DNA of 64,000 nt from Eledone cirrhosa (GCA_964016885.1 OZ024740.1:115754001-115818000), one strand, 5' to 3'; positions 12,443 through 24,545 are shown, numbered from the stretch's first letter. The notes: generated by a model from the sequence alone, not told the origin. Numbers and translations are program-made.

Positions 12443-13619
12443 ACGTTTAAATATAAATTTAAAATGTAATATATAACTCATCTTATTAAACCTATCGATA
12501 AATCATTAGATTCCTTCATACGACTGCCAAAAACTCTCTTAAATGAAGAAAAAAATTTTCCTTAAAAATGTTTCCTTGAAAATTCTTCTAGATAAACATA
12601 GTGAAAGTTTTTTTAAAAATGGGTATAAAAAATTAAGATAAACATACTGAAAGTTAAAAAAAAAAAGGATTTTTTGTTAAATTATAATTCATATTTTATA
12701 CTGTGTTTTTTCTATATATTCTAATATATATATTTAAAATGATATTGCTTAAAAATTATATTGGTTAAAAATATAATTCCTTTTAAAATTATATAATTAT
12801 ATTTTTTTAAATTGTAATTTCTTTTAAAATTATAATCCTTTTTAAAATTATAACTCATATTTTATTTTATATTATGTATTTTGTATTTATATATATATGT
12901 ATATATGTATATATATATGTGTGTATATGTATGTATATATATATGTGTATATATGTGTATGTCTATATATATGTATACATGTATGTATGTCTGTGTATGT
13001 TTGTGTGTATATATATCGAAATGTATAATTTGAATACATTCTATGAATGAACTCGTATAAAAGGTTTTTTACGGTTTATGCTTTAAACTTTAAACATTAA
13101 GACGTTATAGTAAACAAACTTATATTTTAACAGTCACAACTGTATAACAAGTGGATTTATAAAATATATAAAATTTATAAAATTATAACTTACTATAAAA
13201 TAATATAAGGTTTTCTTATAATCTTAACTTTTTTTTATCATCTTAACCTTTATAACATTTAATCCTTAGAGCTATCTAACTTACAAATAAATCAATTAAT
13301 TTCCTTCACGCTGTATTACTAAGAAGAAATTTTTCTTCGGTAAAATCTCTGAATTTCCATGGGTTTAGAAACATTCCTATATTTTAAACATATATTTTAA
13401 ACATAAAAATTTTAATTTTTTTTATTATTTCTTATAATTTTTATTGATAATTAATTGAAAAATTAATAATTAATTGTTGGTTGATGATTAATAATAAATT
13501 TATATATGGTTATGTAATAATAACATATATTTTAATAATATTTTTTAATAGTATATATATATATATATTTTATAGAAGGAGCTTCTACAGGACTAGTACT
13601 GTTTCATTCAGATGAAATC

Positions 13620-13680
<61 letters not shown>

Positions 13681-14096
13681 TCTTTTAATAATATATAGAT
13701 CTCAATTTTTAATTTATAGATCTCAATAATTTAATTGATAAATTAAACATTTAATCAAATTTAAACATTAGATAGATAAAATTCTCCGGTTATTATTATT
13801 TATTTATTTATCCACGCTTTATTTACTCCGCGTAATTCATCCACTATATATTTATTTTTTCGCTTCATCATCTCATAAATTACGTTAATGCAACACTCTC
13901 TCACTTAGAGTTTTCTTTCTTTCTCTTTCTTTTGTTTTCCTTCTTTGGGTTTGCTCTTTCTTTTTCTTTTTTTCCTATTCCAACGGCTTCATTTAAATGT
14001 ACGTGATTTAAACCTCTCCGACACTAATTTGCATAATAGACCAATAATAAAATTAGTAACCCCACTATCCGGGAGCTTCCAACCAACACGGTCGCA

Positions 14097-14270
14097 TGTG
14101 TGGGCTGGGTGCTTATTGTCGTGACACCTACACGACCACTTTACAGTGTGGACTGGGTGTTTGTCATGACACCTACAGGACCACTTTACAGTGTGGGCTG
14201 GGTGTTTATTGTCGTGACACCTACAGGACCACTTTACAGTGTGGGCTGGGTGCTTATTGTCGTGACATGT
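14097..14270. repeat. 48-bp tandem repeat (about 3.6 units) related to RTE/SINE 3' region
   Basis: Unit gtgggctgggtgcttattgtcgtgacacctacacgaccactttacagt; similar to 41300-41392. Confidence 0.85.
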
Positions 14271-14301
14271 CAATATTTGTTTATAAAACTGATCTATATT
14301 A

Positions 14302-14356
14302 TATTTTATCTGATGAAGGCGCACCATAGTTTGCTTGAAATATATATAATGAAATA
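14302..14356 (+). ncRNA. Minimal type I hammerhead ribozyme motif (Penelope pLTR type)
   Basis: tattttat-CTGATGA-aggcg..tgctt-GAAA-TATATATA-atgaaata: 8-bp stem I with one G-U, 5-bp stem II, palindromic stem III. Confidence 0.6.
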
Positions 14357-14390
14357 AATATGGTTTTATAAATATAGTTTCCATTTGTTA

Positions 14391-14451
<61 letters not shown>

Positions 14452-14659
14452 TGACCTGTTTAGCAACTACGAAAGCGGGCGGAAACTACCGAAGTCGTTT
14501 ATGATTTACATAGTAAGCTATGTACCTAAGACGAAGGTAGGCTGTAAATAAAATAAGATTTAAAAAAAATAGTAATAATAAGTTAACCCCAATATTCAGT
14601 TTTACTTATGTACCATAATTATAAATCGTTATTATAACCATATAAGTTGGGTTAGATGG

Positions 14660-15000
14660 GCACATATATGAGTGCATATATACATACACATAGGTACATT
14701 ACATACATATACATTCACACACATACATACATGCACACGCATAAACATATGTACATATACATACATATAAATTTACACACATACATACATATATACGTAA
14801 ACATACGTACACACACATACACATACATATATACAAACAGACACAGATACACACATGCATACATACGTAAGTACATACATAGATACTTACATACGCATTT
14901 ATACATATACACACATACATACATATATACACATATACATACAAACCTACATCCATACGCACTTACACTCAAACAAACATACACACATACATATTTGCAC
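14660..15000. repeat. Complex (CA/TA/CATA)n low-complexity tract
   Basis: Directly visible. Confidence 0.9.
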
Positions 15001-15027
15001 ACAAAATTTCCCTATAGTGTATATATA

Positions 15028-15467
15028 TCTCTATATGAGATTCTTTGTCTCTTTGTCTGTCTGTCTGTCTGTTCCTATGCATTCTCTAACGGCTGGACCA
15101 AATCAAATTTTACACGGTTAATAGTATTAGACCCTAGGAGTGTCAACATCTAATTTTTATTTTCATTTGGATAAAAACAATAGGATGTCACATTTTATAT
15201 ATGAATATGTATGTGTCTGTGAAAGTGTGTGTGTTTGCGCGTTCATTGGGTACGTTATTAAACACACACATCTACACATACATGAATTACACAATGAATA
15301 TTGTTTACCTTAAGGTGCTTCAAGATTGACAGATGTTCATTTCTAAATTTATAATACATGGATATTTTGAAATAATTATGAGAAAAAAAAACATATCTTC
15401 ATATTTATTGTTTACTAATCTGAATAAGAGCTGCAGTAACCCGGGCACCGCCGGGTAATTCAGCTAG
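15028..15467 (+). mobile_element. Non-autonomous Helitron
   Basis: 5' TC..(TCTG)n; 3' hairpin acccgg-gcaccg-ccgggt (15439-15456) then CTAG|T. The 5' boundary is approximate. Confidence 0.75.
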
Positions 15468-15482
15468 TGCTATATATATATA

Positions 15483-16118
15483 GGCATACGTCAAGACGGG
15501 CGGTCAGGAAAGTGAAAGTAATTTTTGACACTGAATTTTTTTTTTTTTTTTTTACAACAGGTTTCAATAGTGAAAGTTACGATACACACGCAATTGTATG
15601 GATTTCTTAATATATATATATGTGTGGGTGTGTATATGTGTGTCTGTATGTATATATATGTGTGTTTGTATATATATATATGTGTTTGTGTCATCATCAT
15701 CGTTTAACGTCTATCTTCCACGCAAGCATGGGTTTAGACGTATATATATGTTTGTGTGTATATATGTGTTTGTACATCTCGCCAAACTTGTTTGCACCAA
15801 CTCTCTGTCCCCAAAGAAATTAAGGTCGGGTCATAAGAAGGACAGAGAATGATAAGGGATTTGGGTCAGAAACCCATGCTTGCGTGGAAGATAGACTTGA
15901 CGTTAAACGATGATGATGACACAAACACATATATATATACAAACACACATATATATATATATACATACAGACACACATATACATATATATATTAAGAAAT
16001 CCATACAATTGCGTGTGTATCGTAACTTTCATTATTGAGACCTGTTGTAAAAAAACAAACAAATTCACAGTGTCAAAAATTACTTTCACTTTCCTGACCG
16101 CCCGTCTTGACGTATGCC
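15483..16118. mobile_element. Long-TIR MITE (about 250-bp arms), probably Merlin-related
   Basis: 15483-15735 is the reverse complement of 15871-16118; spacer matches the reverse complement of about 16926-16961. Confidence 0.75.
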
Positions 16119-16329
16119 ATATATATATATATATATATATATAGTAATAATAATAAATTTGAAGACTAAAATCCAAAGAGGGCTCGATTATATATATATA
16201 TATATATAAGGGTTAAAATACTGGAGCGTGTTGGAGTTAAACACCCTCTTCGTATTATAGAAATGACAGTAAAAGGTATAGCTCAATGTAGTTAAACAGA
16301 GCCGAAAAATTAAGAGAGTAAATATATAT

Positions 16330-16386
<57 letters not shown>

Positions 16387-16388
<2 letters not shown>

Positions 16389-17145
16389 CGTTCCTTACTA
16401 TTAGCGGTGTCAAGAATGAAAGTAAATTTATTTTCATTTTCGAACGTCTTGAAAATGAAAATAAATTATTTTCATTTTCGATTGTTTATCTCATAACAAA
16501 AATGTCTGGACGAGTATATGCTCGTACTACGTTAGCTGATGATATTTTGGATGCGAATGACATCCTTAATGATAATGTAACAATTTTTACTCTTATACCT
16601 GCGATACACGGTGACACTGTGTGTGTTGCAGTGGTTGGCAAACAGTGTGAATTGTCCTGTTTGTAATGAGGCTTGCAGATTGAACCGGTATTCTGGACGT
16701 GTCGATAAATGGAGATGGCGATGCAACCGCGACAAATTCAGTCAATCGGTGCGACGGAATTCTTTTTTTGAACGAAGCCATGTGCGACTGGATCACCTTA
16801 TTGGTATTATATACATGTGGTTCTATGATCACACACAAGTTGAGATGATTAGAGAAACGGCAGTCTCGGAACGGACAGTTAGAGACTGGTGCAATTTCAT
16901 TAGAGAAATTTGTGAGCTGTATTTGCGGCAGAGAGTTGGGGCCAACAAGTTTGGCGAAATGATAAACTGTATTGCAGCTATTTATATGGTGTAGTAAACA
17001 TTTAAACAAGGTTGGTAAATTAAAATTTTATATGCAATAAACGTTTAAATATGTCATTTTTTTCAACACACACAACATGAAAAACAATCAAGTTATTTTT
17101 GGGTTTAATGAAAATAAATTTACTTTCATTATCCACGACGTTAAA
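16387..17145 (+). mobile_element. Merlin/ISXO2-like DNA transposon, internally deleted
   Basis: ORF 16611-16994: CPVC..WRC Zn ribbon, SVRRNSFFERS, TVRDWCNFIREIC; no DDE core; subterminal IR aatgaaagtaaatttattttcatt / aatgaaaataaatttactttcatt. Confidence 0.7.
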
Positions 17146-17488
17146 TATACATATAATGAAATAAATATGGTTTTATAAATATAGTTTCCATTTGTTAATA
17201 TATTGTATATATATATATATATAATTAAGATTTTTCGAATGATTTTATCGTTACATAAACGTTCGTGTAGCTTCTTCTAACAAAAGCGAAGCTGCCTTTA
17301 TGTCTTTAGCCGCAGTTTCGATATAAAATAGATAGATCGATCTATCTCTTACTGAAACATGTGTCGTGATTAAAATGATTGGAAATTTAAACCATGCCTT
17401 CGGATCTTTATTTTGATATATATAAATATATATATATATTATATATGATATATATAAAAACATTTTAATATCCTGGCATAAAATCGTA

Positions 17489-17673
17489 TATTTCATATCG
17501 AAACTGCGGCTAAAGACATAAAGGGAGCTTCGCTTTTGTTAGAAGAAGCTGCACGAACGTTTATGTAACGATAAAATCATTCGAAAAATCTTAATTTAGC
17601 AGCGAAATTATTTCTTTGATAGATTGGTAAAAAACATACACCAATTCTCTGTTTACATCCGAAAACGGTAAGT
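17489..17673 (+). promoter_or_regulatory. Putative non-coding first exon and splice donor of ZNF copy A
   Basis: CpG-containing unique sequence ending AACG|GTAAGT (GT at 17668), conserved in copy B (GT at 40164); candidate acceptors ttatttcag at 26941 and 47324. Confidence 0.35.
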
Positions 17674-18442
17674 TGATAAATATATTTGCTTTAAGACTGT
17701 CAAATGGTTTCTAATTAAGGTTGAAGGCCAGCAATTTAAAGGGAGAGGAAAGTGATTAATAACATTTAGTCCAGTTCTTGTCATCGATAGTGGCTCGCCT
17801 TACTGAGGTGTCATGTCATGCCCATGGGAGTGCTTGGTTGTTTCAGTGCCTTATACTTGCCACGGTAATGCTTGCCTCAAAAATTTCCGATGACCTTTGT
17901 GGTGTGTGCCCCATTGACACACTTGGTGGTGAATTGATGTTTTTTTCTGTTTTTTTTTCACTTTGATTGCATATCTTTGTGTATTATATTTATTCCAAAA
18001 CTTTGCCTTTTATCCTTAAAGGGTCGATAAATTAAAGCACCAGTAATGCACTAGGATAAACATTTATATTTATAAGGTTCCTAGATCCAGTACTTGACTG
18101 GTACTTTATTTTATCAACCCATTAAGGATGGAATGGAATACAGAGTTCACCTAGACGGGATTTGAACTCAGAAAGTAAAATGCCAAAACAAATATAGCGG
18201 GTCCTAGCCAGATTCAATATCCCACACAATTCTGGAACTATGTGGATTGTTCAGGATCGTGGTAAGAGACCAAATTTTACCCTTGGGTTAAAGGCAGATG
18301 TTGTACATGGTACACTGTCTGATTCTTTTGTTCCTTCTCACATCATAAATAGGGACACGTTGGGTCATGTTCACTTAAAAATAATATTTAAATAATTAAA
18401 ATATACACAGACATGTAAATAATGTAAAATGAAATTGGAAAG

Positions 18443-18485
<43 letters not shown>

Positions 18486-18697
18486 ATTAAGTCAAATATT
18501 TAAAGTTTAGCTTCGTTTATTAAAGATGTACTGCTATATATAGAGTGTCCTATGACGCCGAAATTCGTTTGTTCGAATTCATATGATTCCAGTCCTTCAG
18601 AGAAATAACAACCCAACCAGGAGCTGGACATATCGGAGTATTGACGGAGTAAAACACTTCAACAAAATGTGTACCTGTCTCTACCACACCAATTCGG

Positions 18698-18752
18698 ACT
18701 GTCTGAAGAGGTCACAGCCAATGATGGCTGTCACGGAAATATATATAACAGT
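18698..18752 (+). ncRNA. Minimal type I hammerhead ribozyme motif
   Basis: ACTGT-CTGAAGA-g-gtcacagcca-atga-tggctgtcac-g-GAAA-TATATATA-ACAGT. Confidence 0.65.
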
Positions 18753-18897
18753 ACATCTTTAATAAACGGAGCCAAACTTTAAATATTTGACTTAATTATT
18801 TTACATTACTCCGGAGTAACCAAACCAACCTGCGTACGTCGTTGAGTGCTCCAATCTGCATACTGAGGTGTCGGGAAACAATCAACATATACTAAAA

Positions 18898-18940
<43 letters not shown>

Positions 18941-19018
18941 CGTGTATTTAGGTCAGACACTTGGGTGTCTGTGACCTATATACACTGTCAGACACTCACA
19001 CTATCTATCTATCTATTA

Positions 19019-22000
19019 AGGGGGGTGTAACAGCCTCAAACAGTTAATCGGCCAATTTGACCTGGCCGATAGATATCGACTAGATTTTCCGACTGTGCCA
19101 CTGTGGACGTGGACTAATCGCAGCGGAACATCTAGATCGTACCTAGATAGGGTTCTAGTTAGAAATAAAGATAGGGACATGTTAAGCTGTCCTCAAATTT
19201 TCATGGTTGCCTATTCAGATCACAAACTAGTGACCTGCATGGTCAACCTTGATAGAACCCATAGACAAGGACCTGGCTACTGGAAGCTGAACTTGTCGTT
19301 ACCGACATGCAAAGCCTATAGTAGATGGATTAGCACTTTAGTTAAACAGCACTTGACAGGGGCCATTGTCAACAACAGATGGTGGTACTTTCTCAAGAGG
19401 GCAGTTAGATTAGACTCGTTAGTTTTTAGTAAAGAATTAGCGTTAAATAGAAATAAGACCGAGAAGGAACTGATAGATAAAGTAGAAGAGGCAATTAGAA
19501 GTGGCAACGTAGCCAGCGTGCTAGCAACGAGAACAGCCATGAGGGCTGCGTTGTCAGAAGCAAAATACGTGCTCTCGGAAACGAGGGAGCCAAAGCTGTT
19601 AGCTGGGCCCGTGTGACGGAGGCAAAAAGTGGCAACAAGTCCACGATTCGGTCTTTGAAGGACCAAGACGGACGCGTGATACATGAGCTGAAGCAGATGT
19701 GCGCGGCTTTTCAGCGACACTTTGCTCAGCTGTTCGGGCAGGGCGGCGCGCCGGGAGGGGCTATGGATTTCGGTCCATACCTCAACGGCCTACCGCGACT
19801 CTCGGACAGCGAGGCGAAGTTCTGCGAAAGGCCGATTTCAGCCGCTGAGATAGGGGATGCACTGAGCCAATGCGGCAAACGCAAATCTCGAGGTCTCGAC
19901 GGTCTACCCTACGAATTTTACGTAGCAATGCCGGACTTGTTCTCCGGTCTCCTGGAAGTGGTCTACTGCAACTGGCAGCAGAATGCGAGAATTCACAGTT
20001 CTGTGTTCTGTGACCAGGGGTGTAGTCACACTAGTCAGGAAGGACGAAAATAAGGGGAATGACATAGGCAACTTCCGGCCCATAATTCTGCTCAACACAG
20101 AGTTACAGATTTTGGCCAAGGTGTTGGCAAAGAGGCTAGCGCTTGTCGTCGAAAACCTGGTGGGAGAAGCGCAGACATGCGCAATCCCGACCAGGTCCAT
20201 ACACGACAACCTCCACCTCATGCAATATATCATAGAGAGGGTAGGGTGTAAACCCAGCTTCGGTGGGGCCCTGATCAACTTGGATCAGTCTAAGGCTTTC
20301 GATAGGGTTGACCATCGTTACCTGGCTGCAATGCTCGAGGCAGCAGGCTTTGGACCCGTGTTCAGGGGCTGGATTGCTGCAATGCACAACAGCAACAAAT
20401 GCTAAAGGGTCAAGGTGAACGGCTACCTCTCAGAGCCGTTCCATATCACGCGATCCATTTGACAAGGATGCCTTCTCTCCTCCCTTCTGTACGTACTGAC
20501 TCTCGAACCACTACTGCGGAAGTTGGAGCTGTTGCAGGGCATCCCTCTGGAACCGGGACTGCGGAAAGCAGCGTTGGCCTACGCCGACGACGTGACAGCA
20601 ATGGTGTCGAGCACCTCACAAATCGAGGAAGTTGGCACCTTACTGAAGGAATACGAAAGGTTCACAGGAGCGAAGCTGAACCGGGACAAGTCCATCGATT
20701 TGCAACTCGGATCGTGGAGAGGCAAACCAATGCCTTCCGATGGCGTCATCGGACGCTGGACAGAAGGACCGGTAAAGCTGCTCGGGGTCTGGTCTGGTCC
20801 TCCAGGTGGAGAAGAACTGGAACGAGGTGACGGCCAAGGTGGTTGCACTCACCCAGAAGTGGGCCGAGTGCAAACTATCCTCGAAAGGTCGAGCGGAGGT
20901 GGCAAACACTTTTATAGCGTCCATCATCTACTACCCCTTGACCGTCGTGCCTTGTCCAGCCAAAACGGTCAACAAAATGGAGCGAGCACTCTTCCAATTC
21001 CTTTGAAAGAAGCGGCCTCCTTTGGTGAGAAGATCCATCTGCTGCCAACACCCTTCCAACGGAGGGCTGATGATGCGCAAAAACGCGCTCAGGCTGTGGC
21101 ATCTCTACGTATTCCTCACTGGACAACCGGTGTGGGCCCCATTCGTGAGGCGAGCCTTCCCACGACTCGTCTCGCTGACCGAGCTGCAGTCCTGGGTCAA
21201 GCAAAGACTGAGGAAAATGGGCGACTGGCACATCGAATGTGCTCAGGCGGTCAGTGGAGACTCCACTTCGTCATTCTATAGAGGATTGATCCGCAGCAAG
21301 TTCGACGACACGCTCGGAGAAGCTCTAGGTGTAGAGGAAGACAAACTGGCCAGTCTGTTCGGCAGGACCTTCAGCCCGAGACCGATGGACAACTTCCAAA
21401 AGTCCCTGGCCTGGCAGTGCTACCGAGGAACTCTACCAGTTCGGGACAAGCTCTACAGACATGGGCGCCCGGGCAGGGACCCTTCGAAAAAGATCTGTCC
21501 GAGATGCGTGCAAGACGAAGAAACCGTTGTGCACACATTCATACACTGCCCGAGCGTTACCGACCTGTGGGGCTATGTAGAAAGACTATTGTCGTGGGCG
21601 GGACCAATCCGGTTGACCACCGAGTCCATTGTCATGATCAAACTGCCACCCTCCTTCAAAAACAAAGGTGAGGCGGTTTTCCTTTGTGTGATAGCTATGG
21701 CGAAAGAGGTTGTATGATTGACGAGGTTAAAAGGGCTGAGGTCAGAGACCTTTCTCTCTGGCCAACAACTGATTCTTTTTTTCAAATACCACTTTGGAAG
21801 AAGAATCAGGATGGAGAGAGAGGTGCTGTACCCCAGCAAGTTTTAGGAAAGGTGGGTGAAAGTGGCGAGAATGGACTGAGTTAATGGGCCTTCTCTCTAT
21901 ATCAGCCTGTAGGTTGAGCAAAAAGAGGAAGAGAGGAAAGGGGTGCAAACTCTTCGTACTCCTGGAGATGAGGGTTGCACATTTTTTTCGGGGGTATGTG

Positions 22001-22138
22001 TTACCCATATGAAATGTCTCCCCCTATTGGGGAATATCGATTAACTTTTAAATTGTATTTGTGATAATATTTTACGTGTTTTTATTGTATGTAAACTTCC
22101 CCCTTTGCATTTGTGCCCCTGTGGCTAATAAAGAAACA
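19019..22138 (+). mobile_element. Tx1/L1-clade LINE, 5'-truncated, frameshifted ORF2
   Basis: APE C-terminus (WTW..SYLDRVLV..SDHK), RT (GLDGLPYEFY, NFRPI, DQSKAFDRVDH, QGC, YADD), CPRC..ETVVH..C knuckle, AATAAA 22127-22132; 13-bp TSD tatctatctatta at 19006-19018 and 22139-22151. Confidence 0.92.
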
Positions 22139-22346
22139 TATCTATCTATTACTAAAAGTCTGATTGCTAGCTTGCTCGCTTGTCTGTAATGTAATACAGC
22201 CAAAACGGTGCATAATGGGAAGATACTTTGAAAGGATGTAGCCCCTGAAATGGGGATACAAATGGAATAAAACAAGTTTTGCGTAAATCGAAGAAGTGTG
22301 TGTGTGTGTCTACAACCAGTGTATATAGATCACAGACACCTGCATA

Positions 22347-24254
22347 TCTATATCTATAAAAATGAAAATGTCTGTGTGTGCATCTGTTCCGCAGCAACTT
22401 TTGATCCTCAAGGCCGATTTTCAAAATTTTTTTTGTAATCAACCACAAATTTATCAGGATAGGTCGGCACGACATTGTATTGCTTTATTCCTTACAATTA
22501 AAAATTTACTACATGCAGCAGCCATTTAAAGTGCCATATTTTTAACCATAAATTATGAGTTTATCTCTTAACTGTGTATATCCTGACACATTAATTTATG
22601 CTACAATAGTTCTTTAACGTTAAACTTATTTTTTTAGCTACTTTTTTACCACTTCGGTAAATGTTTCATTTTTAATGTGATTTTAAAGATACCCCACAAG
22701 TATGCCACGGCGATCACGCTCCTGTATTGGGCACAAAACCTCCAGTTGTTTGATAATGAAACGAAGGCAAGCTAATGAAACGCCCCATATAGTACAACAC
22801 TCAATAGCAAAATTTAACAGCAGTTAATTATTGTTATTACCTCCATAAATACCACTGAATTAATGCCTGCTGTAGTCGTTATTTAGTTAAAAAATGCTCT
22901 ATAAGGTAAAACAAAGCCTTTACATCCCCTACCAGTAGTATAAACGGCATACTACTTATTTTATTACGAACTAGAATAAATAATCCTTCCTCCAACGATT
23001 ACTTCTTCAGCGATAGGCAAAGTCACCTCTTTTCACCATACTTAAATTCTATTGCAGCAAAAGGTTACTTCCGCATATTATACAATGCCACGGCGAAAAA
23101 GATGCCTACTTGGTAGATTTTCAGCTTCAGCTTTAAAAATGAAAAGAAGACGGTTGGAAGAAACGCCACAAATGACTCAATCCAGAAGAACTCACGAAGC
23201 TTCCCTTAGAGCTCTTGCAAGAGCTGCGACTGAAGATGAAGAATGTTCAAAACGACGAGACAGAAATGCTGCCTCAACTTCGATTGCAAGAGCTTCAGAG
23301 AATAAGGGAAAGCGATTATTCCGCCAAAAGAAAAATGCTGAAGCAACTGCTATTGCACGAGCTGCAGAAAACGAAACCCAACGTTCGCTGCGACAGCAAC
23401 GAAATGCTGCATCAACTTCTGCTGCTCGAAATGCAGAAAATGATGCTCAACGCTCACTGCGACAGAAAAGAAATGCAGAGGCCACTGCTATTACACGAGC
23501 TGTGGAAACTGAAACACAACGTTTGCTGCGACAACAAAGAGATGCTGCATCAACTTCTGCTACACGCGCTGCAGAAAGTGAAACACAACGTTTGCTGCGA
23601 CAGCAAAGAGATGCTGCATCAACTTCTGCTACACGCGCTAGAGAAACCGTTGAACACCGACAACAACGGCTGGGTGAGAATGCACGTCGCAGAGCTTCTG
23701 CACAGGGTCTTTCAAAGCCTTGCAGAACACGGTGGTTGCTTAAGGTATAATCAGTCTAAGGACAGTAACGTCACAGTTTCTATTGGCAGCCACAACTATA
23801 CAGAATGGTAAGCATTTCAAACTACATAAATCATTAGAATGCTTACATATACGCAATGCATAACGAAAAATTTACATGTTTCTACTGTAGCAAACGTATG
23901 TACCTTTCACTCAAAGTCGTGATACATTATCTCCGTCATCCCGCAACAACTTCAGTCCCTGAATTGCCAAACATCCCACATTATTATCATAAATTCCATG
24001 TGACTCACTTTTGGGCTGCTGACTTCCTTGTGGCATAGTTCGCGTTTGGAGCTTCACCGTGTTAACGTCACACTTTTACACTCATTCACCTTTCATATGC
24101 CATAACATTTTACCGCGTTTACATTGAACAACACATACTTCTTATGGTTAAAAATAAATGTTTTTTTGGGGTTCGTGCTATGTTGTTTTCTTTTTAAAAA
24201 AATTATTTACTAATGGTAGACTTACACCCGAGCAACGCCGGGTATGGCTGCTAG
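22347..24254 (+). mobile_element. Helitron deletion derivative
   Basis: A|TCTATATCTATAAAAATG 5' end; 3' hairpin acccg-agcaacgc-cgggt (24226-24243) then CTAG|T; AT target without TSD. Confidence 0.85.
23085..23750 (+). CDS. Helitron-borne ORF with 23-aa STPR-like repeats (RepHel N-terminal remnant)
   Basis: MPRRKR.. followed by about 7 units like ENETQRSLRQQRNAASTSAARNA; no Rep or helicase motifs. Confidence 0.55.
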   Translation: MPRRKRCLLGRFSASALKMKRRRLEETPQMTQSRRTHEASLRALARAATEDEECSKRRDRNAASTSIARASENKGKRLFRQKKNAEATAIARAAENETQRSLRQQRNAASTSAARNAENDAQRSLRQKRNAEATAITRAVETETQRLLRQQRDAASTSATRAAESETQRLLRQQRDAASTSATRARETVEHRQQRLGENARRRASAQGLSKPCRTRWLLKV

Positions 24255-24492
24255 TGTATATATATATATATATATACACACACCCATATATATATATATA
24301 TGTATAAATACATGTATACACACACATATTTATATATATACATACACACAGGTATATATATGGGCCTTCCAGTTTCATTTCACATTATATACATGTCTGT
24401 ATATTCTAATTTAAAAATTATTTTGTAAGTGAACATGATTTAAAAAATATATTTTGAAGTGAACATGACCCAACGAATCACGTGAGGTTTAG

Positions 24493-24513
24493 TATATTAC
24501 TAAAAGTCTGTGA

Positions 24514-24545
<32 letters not shown>

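Noticed and set aside
14097-14270. CRISPR-like periodicity (also 26170-26470 and 30050-30300)
   Set aside because: Whole units repeat with no unique spacers, no cas genes, eukaryotic context.
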